Translations under genes and position numbers: made by a program
Assembly (NCBI GenBank): GCA_040285825.1
Contig: JAUPSS010000003.1
Span: forward strand, 1,240,001-1,304,000
Direction of reading: 5' to 3'
Source: Eukaryota sp. TZLM1-RC
Taxonomy: Eukaryota > Protista > Metamonada: BaSk clade
Length of the DNA stretch: 64,000 nucleotides
Shown: positions 20,504-32,081 of the stretch, in pieces
Numbering within the stretch: the first letter of the stretch is position 1
How the letters are laid out: the number at the start of each line of letters is the position of its first letter
Notes under the pieces: model-generated
The model's database searches: none
What the model was told of the DNA's origin: nothing
The model's input: only the letters and a program-made list of their open reading frames with translations

Positions 20504-21916
20504 TTGTTCACGATGCTGTTAGAGACCAACTATACGCTATGTGCAAAAGTCATCACATTGAAGCTTTTGCTGAAGCTCTTGTGCGTAAGTTGTCATCTGA
20601 AAATGAAGATGAAGATCCTGATTCCTCCGCCTACACGCCCTGAGATCCTCTTGCTCGCCCACGGTTCCATCGAAGCCGGTCACCCTCCTTTTGCTCAATG
20701 CTGGAAGTCCCTTCAACAATCTGACTTTCACTGGCCCAACATGCGTAATGACCTGTTGACCCATGTTAACTCTTGTATTCCTTGCCAGAAAACTGCCCCC
20801 GTCCCCAAGACTTCGATCTCTTCCACTGGATCTCTGAATTCCGTTCGCCGTCCTTTTGAGAGTTTGCATTGTGACTCTATTGGTCCGCTCTCAGCTGATA
20901 CTTATGGCAATAAGTATATAGTCCATTTTGTTGACGCATTCTCCAAATTTAGCGTACTCGTCCCTACCAAGGACCTTAAGGCCACAACCATTGTTAATGC
21001 CCTGATTTCCTCTGTCTACTCTGTCTTTGGTGCCCCTCGTTGTATTCACTCTGATAATGGCCCTGAATTTGCCAATAAGATATTTAGTTTGCTGTGCCAA
21101 TTCTTGAACATCGATCACACCCAATCCCTGCCACACTATCACCAATCCAATGGCCTTGTTGAACGCCAACACCGAAGTTTCCTTCAGGTAATCCGACGTA
21201 TGCTTTTTGATTTTTCAGACTACCACAATTGGTCTGACTATGTCCCTCTTTGCCAGATGGTTCTGAACTCCCAGGAAAGGAAAGCTCTGAACTCATCTCC
21301 GTATCGCCTCATTTTTGGATCTGACACCTCTCCTCGCTTGTTACCCAATCAGCTCCTGAACTGTCTGTCCACTCACCCTCTCCCTCCTGACAAGCCTGAG
21401 TTCATAGAACATCTCGTGACTCTTACTAAGAAATTATTAGTCTCATGGGAAGCTGTAGCCCCGTCCTCTGTGCCCCTCCCCGTCAATGTACCCGAGCCTC
21501 CGTACCATTTTCAGGTCAATGATCGACTTTTTGTTCTGCGCGAGAAGCCAGACAAACTACACGGTCACTTTGTGGGCCCCTACATCGTTCTAAAAGTCCT
21601 CTCCTCTGGCTCTCTCCTGGTCCAAAACCCCGTTTCAGGTTCGTCCCTCAAGACTGCCACCCACCTAGTAAAGCCCTGCTTGTCTTCATTGCCACCTGAG
21701 ATTCTTAACGCCTATGTTGCTGCTGATTCCGGTGAGTTGATCCTGGATGCGATAATAGATATCTCCGACGAATCCGCCACCGTTTTTTGGTCCGATGGAA
21801 CCACCACCGTACAGCCTGTTTCCTCCATTAGGAATACTGCAGCCTATTCCAGATACAACAAGCTTGCTGACGATACTCCTAAATCCCGCCGAAAAAGAAA
21901 GAGAAGGCAGTGTTAG
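20504..21916 (+). CDS. Stand-alone Ty3/Gypsy integrase, copy 2 (first ATG 20513)
   Basis: HHCC (AHG...GHP...CIPCQK), DDE (HCDSIG, HSDNGPEF, GLVER), GPY, degenerate chromo-like tail, basic NLS-like end. Confidence 0.85.
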   Translation: MFTMLLETNYTLCAKVITLKLLLKLLCVSCHLKMKMKILIPPPTRPEILLLAHGSIEAGHPPFAQCWKSLQQSDFHWPNMRNDLLTHVNSCIPCQKTAPVPKTSISSTGSLNSVRRPFESLHCDSIGPLSADTYGNKYIVHFVDAFSKFSVLVPTKDLKATTIVNALISSVYSVFGAPRCIHSDNGPEFANKIFSLLCQFLNIDHTQSLPHYHQSNGLVERQHRSFLQVIRRMLFDFSDYHNWSDYVPLCQMVLNSQERKALNSSPYRLIFGSDTSPRLLPNQLLNCLSTHPLPPDKPEFIEHLVTLTKKLLVSWEAVAPSSVPLPVNVPEPPYHFQVNDRLFVLREKPDKLHGHFVGPYIVLKVLSSGSLLVQNPVSGSSLKTATHLVKPCLSSLPPEILNAYVAADSGELILDAIIDISDESATVFWSDGTTTVQPVSSIRNTAAYSRYNKLADDTPKSRRKRKRRQC

Positions 21917-22151
21917 CTGGAGCTAAACGTGACTTTCCTCTTTTGGAAAGAGGATCACGTCATCAATAGTTTAAATTGTATTTTAGTTTATTTTTATTTG
22001 ATTTCTTATATTCTGTTCATAAATTTCTGTTTTTGTTTATGTTTAGTGCACGAAAAGCAACACTTGTTCTTAAAATTGGGATAGACAATGGTTCTCTAAA
22101 ATATTCCCAAAATTTATTGAACTTTGGCAATCAACAAGGAAAATCGCTCAG

Positions 22152-23564
22152 TTGTTCACGATGCTGTTAGAGACAAACTATACGCTATGTGCAAAAGTCA
22201 TCACATTGAAGCTTTTGCTGAAGCTCTTGTGCGTAAGTTGTCATCTGAAAATGAAGATGAAGATCCTGATTCCTCCGCCTACACGCCCTGAGATCCTCTT
22301 GCTCGCCCACGGTTCCATCGAAGCCGGTCACCCTCCTTTTGCTCAATGCTGGAAGTCCCTTCAACAATCTGACTTTCACTGGCCCAACATGCGTAATGAC
22401 CTGTTGACCCATGTTAACTCTTGTATTCCTTGCCAGAAAACTGCCCCCGTCCCCAAGACTTCGATCTCTTCCACTGGATCTCTGAATTCCGTTCGCCGTC
22501 CTTTTGACAGTTTGCATTGTGACTCTATTGGTCCGCTCTCAGCTGATACTTATGGCAATAAGTATATAGTCCATTTTGTTGACGCATTCTCCAAATTTAG
22601 CGTACTCGTCCCTACCAAGGACCTTAAGGCCACAACCATTGTTAATGCCCTAATTTCCTCTGTCTACTCTGTCTTTGGTGCCCCTCGTTGTATTCACTCT
22701 GATAATGGCCCTGAATTTGCCAATAAGATATTTAGTTTGCTGTGCCAATTCTTGAACATCGATCACACCCAATCCCTGCCACACTATCACCAATCCAATG
22801 GCCTTGTTGAACGCCAACACCGAAGTTTCCTTCAGGTAATCCGACGTATGCTTTTTGATTTTTCAGACTACCACAATTGGTCTGACTATGTCCCTCTTTG
22901 CCAGATGGTTCTGAACTCCCAGGAAAGGAAAGCTCTGAACTCATCTCCGTATCGCCTCATTTTTGGATCTGACACCTCTCCTCGCTTGTTACCCAATCAG
23001 CTCCTGAACTGTCTGTCCACTCACCCTCTCCCTCCTGACAAGCCTGAGTTCATAGAACATCTCGTGACTCTTACTAAGAAATTATTAGTCTCATGGGAAG
23101 CTGTAGCCCCGTCCTCTGTGCCCCTCCCCGTCAATGTACCCGAGCCTCCGTACCATCCTCAGGTCAATGATCGAGTTTTTGTTCTGCGCGAGAAGCCAGA
23201 CAAACTACACGGTCACTTTGTGGGCCCCTACATCGTTCTAAAAGTCCTCTCCTCTGGCTCTCTCCTGGTCCAAAACCCCGTTTCAGGTTCGTCCCTCAAG
23301 ACTGCCACCCACCTAGTAAAGCCCTGCTTGTCTTCATTGCCACCTGAGATTCTTAACGCCTATGTTGCTGCTGATTCCGGTGAGTTGATCCTGGATGCGA
23401 TAATAGATATCTCCGACGAATCCGCCACCGTTTTTTGGTCCGATGGAACCACCACCGTACAGCCTGTTTCCTCCATTAGGAATACTGCAGCCTATTCCAG
23501 ATACAACAAGCTTGCTGACGATACTCCTAAATCCCGCCGAAAAAGAAAGAGAAGGCAGTGTTAG
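22152..23564 (+). CDS. Stand-alone Ty3/Gypsy integrase, copy 3 (first ATG 22161)
   Basis: Same as copy 2 except 3 amino acids. Confidence 0.85.
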   Translation: MFTMLLETNYTLCAKVITLKLLLKLLCVSCHLKMKMKILIPPPTRPEILLLAHGSIEAGHPPFAQCWKSLQQSDFHWPNMRNDLLTHVNSCIPCQKTAPVPKTSISSTGSLNSVRRPFDSLHCDSIGPLSADTYGNKYIVHFVDAFSKFSVLVPTKDLKATTIVNALISSVYSVFGAPRCIHSDNGPEFANKIFSLLCQFLNIDHTQSLPHYHQSNGLVERQHRSFLQVIRRMLFDFSDYHNWSDYVPLCQMVLNSQERKALNSSPYRLIFGSDTSPRLLPNQLLNCLSTHPLPPDKPEFIEHLVTLTKKLLVSWEAVAPSSVPLPVNVPEPPYHPQVNDRVFVLREKPDKLHGHFVGPYIVLKVLSSGSLLVQNPVSGSSLKTATHLVKPCLSSLPPEILNAYVAADSGELILDAIIDISDESATVFWSDGTTTVQPVSSIRNTAAYSRYNKLADDTPKSRRKRKRRQC

Positions 23565-23789
23565 CTGGAGCTAAACGTGACTTTCCTCTTTTGGAAAGAG
23601 GATCACGTCATCAATAGTTTAAATTGTATTTTAGTTTATTTTTATTTGATTTCTTATATTCTGTTCATAAATTTCTGTTTTTGTTTATGTTTAGTGCACG
23701 AAAAGCAACACTTGTTCTTAAAATTGGGATAGACAATGGTTCTCTAAAATATTCCCAAAATTTATTGAACTTTGGCAATCAACAAGGAA

Positions 23790-24420
23790 AATCGCTCAGT
23801 TGTTCACGATGCTGTTAGAGACCAACTATACGCTATGTGCAAAAGTCATCACATTGAAGCTTTTGCTGAAGCTCTTGTGCGTAAGTTGTCATCTGAAAAT
23901 GAAGATGAAGATACTTTTAAGAAACGCTGTGCTGATTTAATTACACCAGGGTTTGATGGTGTGATAAAAGTTGTTGTTGTCACTGTTGATCTCTGTAAGG
24001 ATTCAGCAATTGATTCTGCCAATAAAAATGAAACACCGCTCTGCTTTGCTGAAAAGAGCAAAATCAAAAAGTACAATGAACCCTTATCTCAGCTAGAACG
24101 TGTTGAGCATGTCAAGTATCAGCTTTTTCCATTTGCTGTTTCTCTTTTTGGTAACATTGGAGTATCTGGAATTAAATTTCCCGAAGGTTTCAAAAGTTTA
24201 ATAAAAGAAAGAGCAGGAAAAGAATTGAACTTCAATTTCTGGCACAACAGAATTGTTTTCAGTATTCTTAAAGCAATTCCCGAAATGATAACCAAAGCAC
24301 TGTTACAATTAGGAATAGAGTATGAGAATCGCACATTGAAGAGGTTTGATGATGTTGATCCGTGTTTTATGTTTAGTTGTTTTGTATGCGTTTCAAAATC
24401 AAATTTCCTGAAAAAAAACA
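23790..24420 (+). mobile_element. 3' fragment of RLE non-LTR retrotransposon
   Basis: VHDAVRDQLYAMC...RCADL...AEKSKIKKY...FPFAVSLFG...WHNRIVFS; A-rich tail. Confidence 0.85.
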
Positions 24421-25149
24421 AGGAAAAAGTTAATTACTGATTACTTTTCACACAAAGTCAATTCAAAAATACAATGAGATGAAATTGATTCAACCAGGTG
24501 TTCTCATCAAGAATCTGATCTGTAGCTCCTCATAATTAGCAATTAGGATTTTGATGAGTTTAGAGTAATCATGTTGTAAAAAGATTGAGCTTATTAATGA
24601 CACAAAATACGCAATTGATGTACAATGTTGAGACTCAAGGGTCCCCATATCGGAAAGTGCAAATGTTTGGAAAACTGTTGAGTATCAAAATTTTTCCACG
24701 TTATTCCATGAACAAAAAATTTATATATTTTTTGAAAAGCAATTGTCTCTTTTTCTTAGAACGATTATACTCTATCAGGATCATTTCTATAGGGCATTCG
24801 TTCATTTGTCTTTTCAAAAATAGACAACACCAAGGCCAGTGATGACGACTTGTGGTAAGACACATTTCTTTGACGTGTAGTCTGTCCCTTGTGGATTGGC
24901 TATGGAAGATTTTACTCTTCTGTGTCTTGCCGGCCGAGTTGGCTTCTTATTTCAACAATTGTTACCCTCTAGTTACATTGGTTTCTGTCGTAGGGACTAA
25001 TGTTGAGGCGAATTTACCTTCTGATATGAACAACGTGGATTTGCTCACTAAATAGCATCGTGTCCTGTTGACTCATTCACTCATTGGCCTTCAGGTGAGG
25101 TCATTTTTAGTCACACATCCTTAATGTGCACACAATGTATACTTCTTTC

Positions 25150-25460
25150 TATACTGATAAGTACAATACTGCTTTAAACTTTCTTTTTCGCGCCCACTGA
25201 CCTTTGTACCTTGGTCTACAATTGCTTTGAATATGTGAGTGTGCAATCCTTTACATTACTCAACCACCCTTTGACACCAGCTTTTCCGAAAATTCTTCTC
25301 AGACCACCTCTGAAGGTACTTTCCTAACCTGTACGATTTTTCTTTTCTTATGGTGTCCTAATCCCAGTAGTGGCAAAGCCAATGACAATATTCTTAACAT
25401 CAGCGTTTAATGTCGCTTTCAGTCGGTTAATCCAGTCGGCCTCACTTTTTTGGTTATGTA
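25150..25460 (-). pseudogene. Fanzor1 fragment (family 3), internally deleted
   Basis: KKSEADWINRLKATLNADVKNIVIGF matches 27718-27966; RIAHSHIQSNCRP matches 7850-7900. Confidence 0.7.
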
Positions 25461-25579
25461 TTGGAACATCAAAATACTAAAAAATAAACATATCATATCA
25501 TATTAATGTTATATTATATTATAATATGTGAATACATATTGTTAAAGTGAATTTAATGTTGTTGTGGAAAATGTTTGAA

Positions 25580-26445
25580 ATCAATGAAATTCTTAGTTCA
25601 ATATTCCCTCTGTTTATCGACTTTTGTTAAAAAACAATGAATGGCTTTTAAACATGCGTTTTCGTTTTTTTCCGTGGCCAAACAATTTGCCCAATCATTT
25701 AACTTGTAAATGTGGTAAACCTCTTTTGTTTACTCATCTTTTGAACTGTAAACATTTCATATCATTTAGAAGCAAAGTGCATAATAACGTCAGATACCAA
25801 ATTCATGTAATGTGCAAATCATATCGAGTAGATTCCTTTTTAGAACCGCTGTTATCAAAATTAATTCTTGATGATCCTAATATTGATAGTACACGTTACA
25901 ACAGAGCTTCTATGGGTCTGACAAGAGGTGATCTAGTTGTTCCCGGTTTAAATGGTAGTTTTACTATTTTAGACGCCATGTCTATTGACCCTTGTATCTC
26001 CTGTAACGAACATCTCATTAACTCGGATGTAAATAATCCTCTTCTTGCAGGCGAAAAATATAAAATTGCTAAATATGCGAAACCCATTTCCTCGATTAAT
26101 GAAAATTCTCATGCTCGATATAATTTATGTCCCTTTGTTTTTTCTTTGCTTGGATCTTTGGGTAAGGCTGCTACGACTTTTTTTGAGGATTTTGTTGTAG
26201 TTGTAAAGGAAAGAACTGGAAGAATTTTCAATCGTGTTTACTGGCAAAACAGAATTGTATTTTCTTTTTTAAGGGAATGGTAAAACTGAGTTCTGATTCA
26301 CTGTCTTCTTTTGGGAAATTTTCTGAATCTTTGGCAATTAATTGTTGTGATGTAGGGGATGCAGGTTTTGAGGATGTGGAGTTTCAATTGTGTATTTTAT
26401 GTTTTCATATTTGTTGTTGAATAAAAGAAACATTCTTTAAAAAAA
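25580..26445 (+). mobile_element. 3' fragment of RLE non-LTR retrotransposon
   Basis: CKCG...HLLNC knuckle, HNNVR, RGDL...DAMS, GEKYKIAKY; A-rich tail; homologous to 58230-59127. Confidence 0.88.
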
Positions 26446-26528
26446 TATTCCATGTTTCAATCATTTTAGTTGAAATTCAATTTTCATCCATTAGCACTTC
26501 AACCTTGTTATCGAGATCATATCTGACA

Positions 26529-27275
26529 ATGAGTGCTGCTCATGTTCTTTTCAACCTCTTTTTGGGCCTTATATCTTCCTACTTTTGCTGGAGAACTTAT
26601 GAACGTTATACTGAGAGTTTACAACGTTCATTGTTTCATCTCTTTCTGATGTTCCTGTGCTATTCGATTTCAGGGTTTCTGTTTGGATTTTATCATACCG
26701 GTGTTGAAACTCTACATCCCAACATTGATTTTGTTGTGCGTCACCTTGTGCATTTCACTTTGGTTCTTTCAGGCATCTTTCTGCTACACACAACCTTTTG
26801 TGTCTTTGTTAAACACAGACGGAGAAGAACCTTCAAGTCTACTGTCATTCTCCTCTCCTTAGTTCCCTTTGCATACATACTTTACCATTCCATCAGGTAC
26901 GATGATTCCGATACGGGCGGCTATGATGTCATTGTGCTGGTTTATTCGGTTCTCGTTGGTATTAACTCTTTATGGACGTTGGTTCGTCTGCTTTTCCCTT
27001 TCCAATCTACCACTAGATATAAAAGAACTTATTGTTTGATTTGTGTGTTATCTTCTGTCTTTGTTTTTATTGGAACTTTTCTTTTCTTTAAATTTCAAGA
27101 TTCTAACTCTGTTGCAGGACTCAATGGGGGAGATTTTCATCATTTAGCTACACTTGTTTATGTCTGTCTTTTACATTTCCTTCATCCAAATTGCCTTGAC
27201 CCAATTGATGCAGTGTTGCTTTGCGATGACGACTTTGGTGAGTTTTTAATAACAAATTTGAATAATATACCTTAA
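26529..27275 (+). CDS. Multi-pass membrane protein (about 7 TM), possibly DUF6962/CREST-like
   Basis: Repeated hydrophobic segments; GFYH and GDFHH motifs; GACAATG start. Confidence 0.7.
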   Translation: MSAAHVLFNLFLGLISSYFCWRTYERYTESLQRSLFHLFLMFLCYSISGFLFGFYHTGVETLHPNIDFVVRHLVHFTLVLSGIFLLHTTFCVFVKHRRRRTFKSTVILLSLVPFAYILYHSIRYDDSDTGGYDVIVLVYSVLVGINSLWTLVRLLFPFQSTTRYKRTYCLICVLSSVFVFIGTFLFFKFQDSNSVAGLNGGDFHHLATLVYVCLLHFLHPNCLDPIDAVLLCDDDFGEFLITNLNNIP

Positions 27276-27388
27276 TTTATTGATTGTAAGTAGTAGCGTT
27301 TCTGTATAAACAATTTATTACAAATACTATTTTTTTGTTGCTTTAATTAATGTTATGTACATTGACAATGCCTGCTTTGACACAATAA

Positions 27389-27616
27389 TCATAACCCTGC
27401 TTTGATAATGAGGTAGATGATCAATAGTGTAACACTAATAACACAAATGTCAAGAAAAGTTCCTGGACGGATGATAGGTCCTGACTTGCGTGACCGATAG
27501 GTGGCCATGAACTCTCTGTCTTTGCGTCGCTCTTCACGCTCTTCTTCGTCTACAAGATGGTCTGGAAGATTGGCCAATTCTTGCTCACGCTTAGAAACTA
27601 GAAAACGTCGACTCAT
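27389..27616 (-). CDS. Small protein with charged N-terminus and C-terminal TM segment (tail-anchored-like)
   Basis: 75-aa ORF, GCAATG start, higher GC than flanks. Confidence 0.65.
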   Translation of the reverse strand: MSRRFLVSKREQELANLPDHLVDEEEREERRKDREFMATYRSRKSGPIIRPGTFLDICVISVTLLIIYLIIKAGL

Positions 27617-27717
27617 TGCTGAAAATGATGTAGTGAATATAAGCTATTCAAAATGATAAAGATTAGAGGGTAGTAGTGGGTGGTAACTCAAAATCCATGC
27701 CAATAATCTGACAATAA

Positions 27718-28075
27718 TCAGATTCCTTTTATGTCCCAATCCCCGAAGACATTGACAATATTGTAAGCATCAGCATTCAGTTTTGCTGTCAATCTGTTGA
27801 CCCAGTTGGCCTCACTCTTTCGTTTATTCATATATTTGTACAGAGTGTGGCACCTAAAGAGAGTGTCTTGGTACAGGGAACAGAGCAGTTGATTGTGGAG
27901 TAATGTCATTCTGATATACTCTTTGAACGGCTCAAGATCCAAAGATTTTCGAGAAAATTCTAACAATTTATCAGATACTTTTCTAACAGAGACTTCACAT
28001 TGAGCAGGTGGTAAATTGAATTCATCAAATGAGAATTGGTTACGAGTGCCAATAATCTCGTCTTCACTATTGATT
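27718..28075 (-). pseudogene. Fanzor1 fragment (family 3)
   Basis: FSRKSLDLEPFKEYI...LYQDTLFR..LYKYMNKRKSEANWVNRL...VFGDW. Confidence 0.8.
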
Positions 28076-28377
28076 CATGTTATATTTTTGATCTTTGAGG
28101 AGTTATCACCTTCTTCAGCTTTATCAAGCTTGGTAAAGGGAACTTTAGTAGATTCACCGATCAATCTTTGTGTTTGATTAATATTAATTTGAATACTTTT
28201 GGTTTCAATGCGCATCAAAGCTAGAGAGAGTGATGTTCTAATAGAAAAACAGTGTAAGTCAATAAGGGATTAGGTTCTTTGAATTTGAGTGTTGATGACA
28301 TTGACAATTCTCTGAATACGAAAATAATTTCACCAAGTCTTTTAAGAACCAACTGAGTTTTGTTAAATTATGATCAA

Positions 28378-29700
28378 ATGGCTGAGCTCGACTGTGTTTT
28401 ACACCACAATTTAGAAGTTGCTTCTCATAATTACAAACGTTCCCCTAGCCTTTTCAACGCTGAGGCTTATTCTGACGCATTACACGAAGCTGGGTGTTCT
28501 TTGGAAGCTACAGATATTTGTTCTGCTATTGAGTTGCATAAACAAGACCTTTCTCTGTCAAAAAAGCACTTAATGTACTCATCTGCATCTATTGCATCCC
28601 ATAGACTATTTCTCTGCTTTCAAGTTCTTGAAGACCCTATCCAGGCATTTACCCATGCCCAATTCCAACTCAGTTATGCACATAACTCCAATGAGGACCA
28701 TCTACTACATTCTGGTTACATTAATCTTGGATTAGCCCATCTGGAGCTATTTCATGAATCTAATTCTTTGTCTTTTATTGATATCTATGATTCATTAAAA
28801 AACTTTATTAAATCTCTTAAATATTGTAATTCAGAAAAAGAATTGTCAGCAGTATCATATTTAAATATTGTTATTGTCTTAAATGAAATTGGAGACTATC
28901 ATAATCATAAACATTTAATCAACAGTTTTTTCCAAGAATTTGATGTAAATGATCCGAAATCGTTCCAGTGCTTGTTTCCAGATAAATCAACATTAAATCT
29001 ATTTTATCATCAGGTTGGTTTGTTATTGACTCGTATCAGAAGTTCTTTGGCATTGCAGTATTTGCTAAAAGCACTTCGGTTGGGCGCGTCCAAGAACCTA
29101 GACTCTTCACTATTGGAATATTACTTGACCACCAGACAGATTGACAAGGCAGCCAAATTTTCATTAGATCTCTCCGCTTTTGATTTTGATGATCCTTCTT
29201 TGAAAGATATTCTCTACCTCAATGAGTTGTTCATATCATTTTGTCCACAACCATACCAGTCAGCTCTATTTATTTATTTGGATGAGAAATTACAACAGTC
29301 TCCAGTTGAAGATAATAATTTTTATCTTAATTTAGTTTATTCCTATTTGAGGAAAAACAAGGAAGTTTCATTGGACCTTATTCTGAAAACAAGGCTCTGT
29401 GAATCAACATTCACTTGCTTAATTACATTTATTAAATCCAGTATTACTTCCCCAATTATTGAGTCTGTCATACATCTTTGTTCTGAAATTGGTGAATCTC
29501 TTCATTTGGATGTTTCAGAATTATTACATCTAAAACTGTTTGTTTTTCAGAAACTCAAAAAAGATAAACAACAAATTGATGAATTGAAGATCCAAATCCA
29601 AAGTCTGAGATCTAGTCCTTCTTGTTCTACTTCCTCCTCCGTAGGATCTAGTCCAGAAATACCACCTCGGAAGAAAAGACTAAGAAAGGGTTGTTTCTAA
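28378..29700 (+). CDS. TPR protein resembling the TONSOKU/TONSL N-terminus
   Basis: AIELHKQDLSLSK...ASHRLFLCFQVLED...QLSYAH...YINLGLAHLEL TPR pattern; C-terminal basic NLS-like RKKRLRK. Confidence 0.6.
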   Translation: MAELDCVLHHNLEVASHNYKRSPSLFNAEAYSDALHEAGCSLEATDICSAIELHKQDLSLSKKHLMYSSASIASHRLFLCFQVLEDPIQAFTHAQFQLSYAHNSNEDHLLHSGYINLGLAHLELFHESNSLSFIDIYDSLKNFIKSLKYCNSEKELSAVSYLNIVIVLNEIGDYHNHKHLINSFFQEFDVNDPKSFQCLFPDKSTLNLFYHQVGLLLTRIRSSLALQYLLKALRLGASKNLDSSLLEYYLTTRQIDKAAKFSLDLSAFDFDDPSLKDILYLNELFISFCPQPYQSALFIYLDEKLQQSPVEDNNFYLNLVYSYLRKNKEVSLDLILKTRLCESTFTCLITFIKSSITSPIIESVIHLCSEIGESLHLDVSELLHLKLFVFQKLKKDKQQIDELKIQIQSLRSSPSCSTSSSVGSSPEIPPRKKRLRKGCF

Positions 29701-29924
29701 TCTTTGTTGTATTTTTCCCTATTCAAAAATTGCTTAGCTTTGTCGATTTATTTTTTTTGTGTTAATGAAGAGAATTTAAAATTAGACTTTTTCAGTCTTT
29801 ATTAGACTTTGTATTCAGTCGCCATTTTCTCCGTCGTGTTCTTGAAAGCTTGTTGTTTTTCAGTGATGGGCGCTCTGTTCATGCTACAATTAATGAGTCG
29901 ATTCTTGTTTCAAACATTATTCTT

Positions 29925-30775
29925 TTCAACCTCAGAATGGACCCTTGATTATGTTCATTTCAGATACACTCAAAATCAACGAAGAATCCAAAAGACTTGT
30001 ATAATTAATCAAATGACTGAAAGAACAATTAGTTTATTAAGAGAAAAAGTACCTCAAGAAATCAATATTCCCCATGAAATTGATTACTCATTCAATTTAA
30101 GAAACAATGATCACACTACTAAATCTGTAGCAGAATGGGAAGCAACTTTATCCCAATTCAATTCCAAAAACTGCAGATTTGACACATTTATGGCATATAT
30201 TCAACAAAAGAATTATGTAAATAGTATTGTTGGTGAAGTCTATTATCAAAAAATATTTAGGAAACTAAGATGGTGGGCTGAGATCAATCGCACAAGAACT
30301 GAGGCGAAGATGACCCAGAGATTCAAATCAGTAATTGGTGATCCAGGTCAAGTAGTTATTGGAATCGGAGACTGGGAACAACGAAAACCAATGAAATTCA
30401 AAGAACCTACCAAAGGAAAAGGGTTGAGAATTATATTTGAAAAACTGGTTACAAGGTCTTTTTGATTGATGAGTTTCGAACCAGTTGCTGTTGTTTCAAT
30501 TGTAAGAAAGCGGAGAAAACAGTTGAAACATTCCGATGGTGCAGAAATCCTAGGCCATGGAAGAGGCAGGAGATGCCTTCTTGTCACGGGCTTACCATGG
30601 GTAAATCATGTGAAACTTTGTGGAATAGTGATCGAAGTGCTTCGCTGAATATGTTGGCAGTAATGGAAGCACATGTAAAAGGTGGAGATAGACCAGTAAA
30701 CCTACAGAGAGCCAAGGTTGACAAAGGTTCAAAGAAAAGGGTATCAAGGAGAAAATCTTCCTCTTCTCAAAAACT
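29925..30775 (+). pseudogene. Fanzor1 C-terminal half (family 2)
   Basis: FRYTQNQRR, FRKLRWW..INR.R.E, IGDW, EPTKGKG, (fs) IDEFRTSCCCFNC, RNPRPW, HGL, WNSDRSASLNM, DRP; no stop before ENY2. Confidence 0.9.
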
Positions 30776-30806
30776 CAGTTTCTCTACATTGACAATATCT
30801 GTAAGA

Positions 30807-31097
30807 ATGGACCCCACCTCATCTGAATCTTCAGAAATACGTCGACAGACACTCCAACGCTTAGAAAGCTCTGGTCAACGTGCAAAACTTATGGACTTCC
30901 TTCGCCATCGTCTCACGGAGTCTGGTTTTAAGGAAATAGTCAAGAACCATTGTAAACAGCTTATTGACACTAAGGGTCTTGACTCTGTTACTGTGGATAC
31001 TCTTGCAGAAGAAGTCACTTCCTTTGCTAGGGCTGCTGTGCCTAATGATATCAAAGAAGAACTTCTTCAAAAGCTTCGTGACATTCTGAATGAGTAG
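30807..31097 (+). CDS. ENY2: Transcription and mRNA export factor ENY2/Sus1
   Basis: 96 aa; LESSGQRAKL..LR.RLTESGF...CK..I...G...VTVD.L..EVT..ARAAVP..IK.ELL. Confidence 0.93.
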   Translation: MDPTSSESSEIRRQTLQRLESSGQRAKLMDFLRHRLTESGFKEIVKNHCKQLIDTKGLDSVTVDTLAEEVTSFARAAVPNDIKEELLQKLRDILNE

Positions 31098-31574
31098 GAA
31101 GTCGTCTTTTGGTGAATCAAATTGACACTTTGGTACTTTGTATGGCTTGTTTTTCTTTCTTTCGTTTGCTGTTTCTATACCGTTTTAATGGATTTTTCGG
31201 TATTCAACTCTATTAACTGAATTGAAAACCCAAATTTGTCTCTGTATATTTATAAAACAATTTTATTCAAACCTTCTGGTGTTCGCATTCTTTAATTAAA
31301 TTTACAATAAAATCACTATTATACTTGATTATTTGTTTTAAAAGTGACATCAATATTTTACTAACTCAACTCTCTGCTAAAAGAACATCTGAGCTGAGGG
31401 AAAAACTATTTTTCCCAAGTGACCAATGTTCTCGCCAAGTTTAAGTCATTTCGTTTCATATCGTTTTTCTATCTTTATTGATTTTGGTGTGGCTTTAACA
31501 CAAGGGTTTTCTTTTAGATCATCTGAAACCTTTATTAGTTTCACAATTTTATTTATACTCAATTTATTGCCAGT

Positions 31575-32030
31575 GGAGAGGGTACACCTTACCATATTAC
31601 CCCTTTATCAACCAATGTGGGTCCAGGATAATTTTCAATTGGCACAAGAACAATATGGACCATTATTAGACAAACATTGTTGGGCGATCTGTTGTCTAAA
31701 CAGAGATTAAAATTGGTCAATAAATAAAAATACAAATCAAATTCAATAAATTTTGTCCGAAAATAGACCAACTCAACTTTATAAGTCTATATTAATCTAT
31801 TAAACCGAACCAAAATCCTTCTTCAAAACCGATATTAGTCCAAGAGAAACAGCAGTATAATTAAAAAAATGACTGAAAGAACAATTAGCTTACAGAGAGA
31901 AAAAATTCCTCAAGGGATCAATATTCCCCAGTATTCCAAATTGAATACCCATTTATCTTGGGAAAGTTTTTTTGATCAAAAAAGCTAGTTATTATGCAGA
32001 AATCCTAGGACATGGATGAGGCATGAACAA
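31575..32030 (+). pseudogene. Adjacent decayed Fanzor1 fragments (family 1 then family 2)
   Basis: 31615-31720 matches the GPGYFPIDTRTTWTI region of copies A/B/C; 31865-31930 matches 30010-30075; gcagaaatcctagg matches 30541. Confidence 0.7.
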
Positions 32031-32081
32031 AAAAGGCAACAGCATTTGCCATTCTTTTACCTTTTTGTTTTGTTTTAATAA

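Larger units (their letters stand above)
18616..23912 (+). repeat. Tandem array of 3 units (1647/1648/1648 bp) plus 354 bp: LTR, flank, integrase, PPT
   Basis: Unit starts at 18616, 20263, 21911, 23559; units differ by only a few SNPs and one 1-nt indel. Confidence 0.97.

Noticed and set aside
26523-30800. Recurring TGACAA near several gene starts as a promoter motif or Fanzor TAM
   Set aside because: Also common elsewhere in this AT-rich sequence and inconsistent in position and strand; needs statistics
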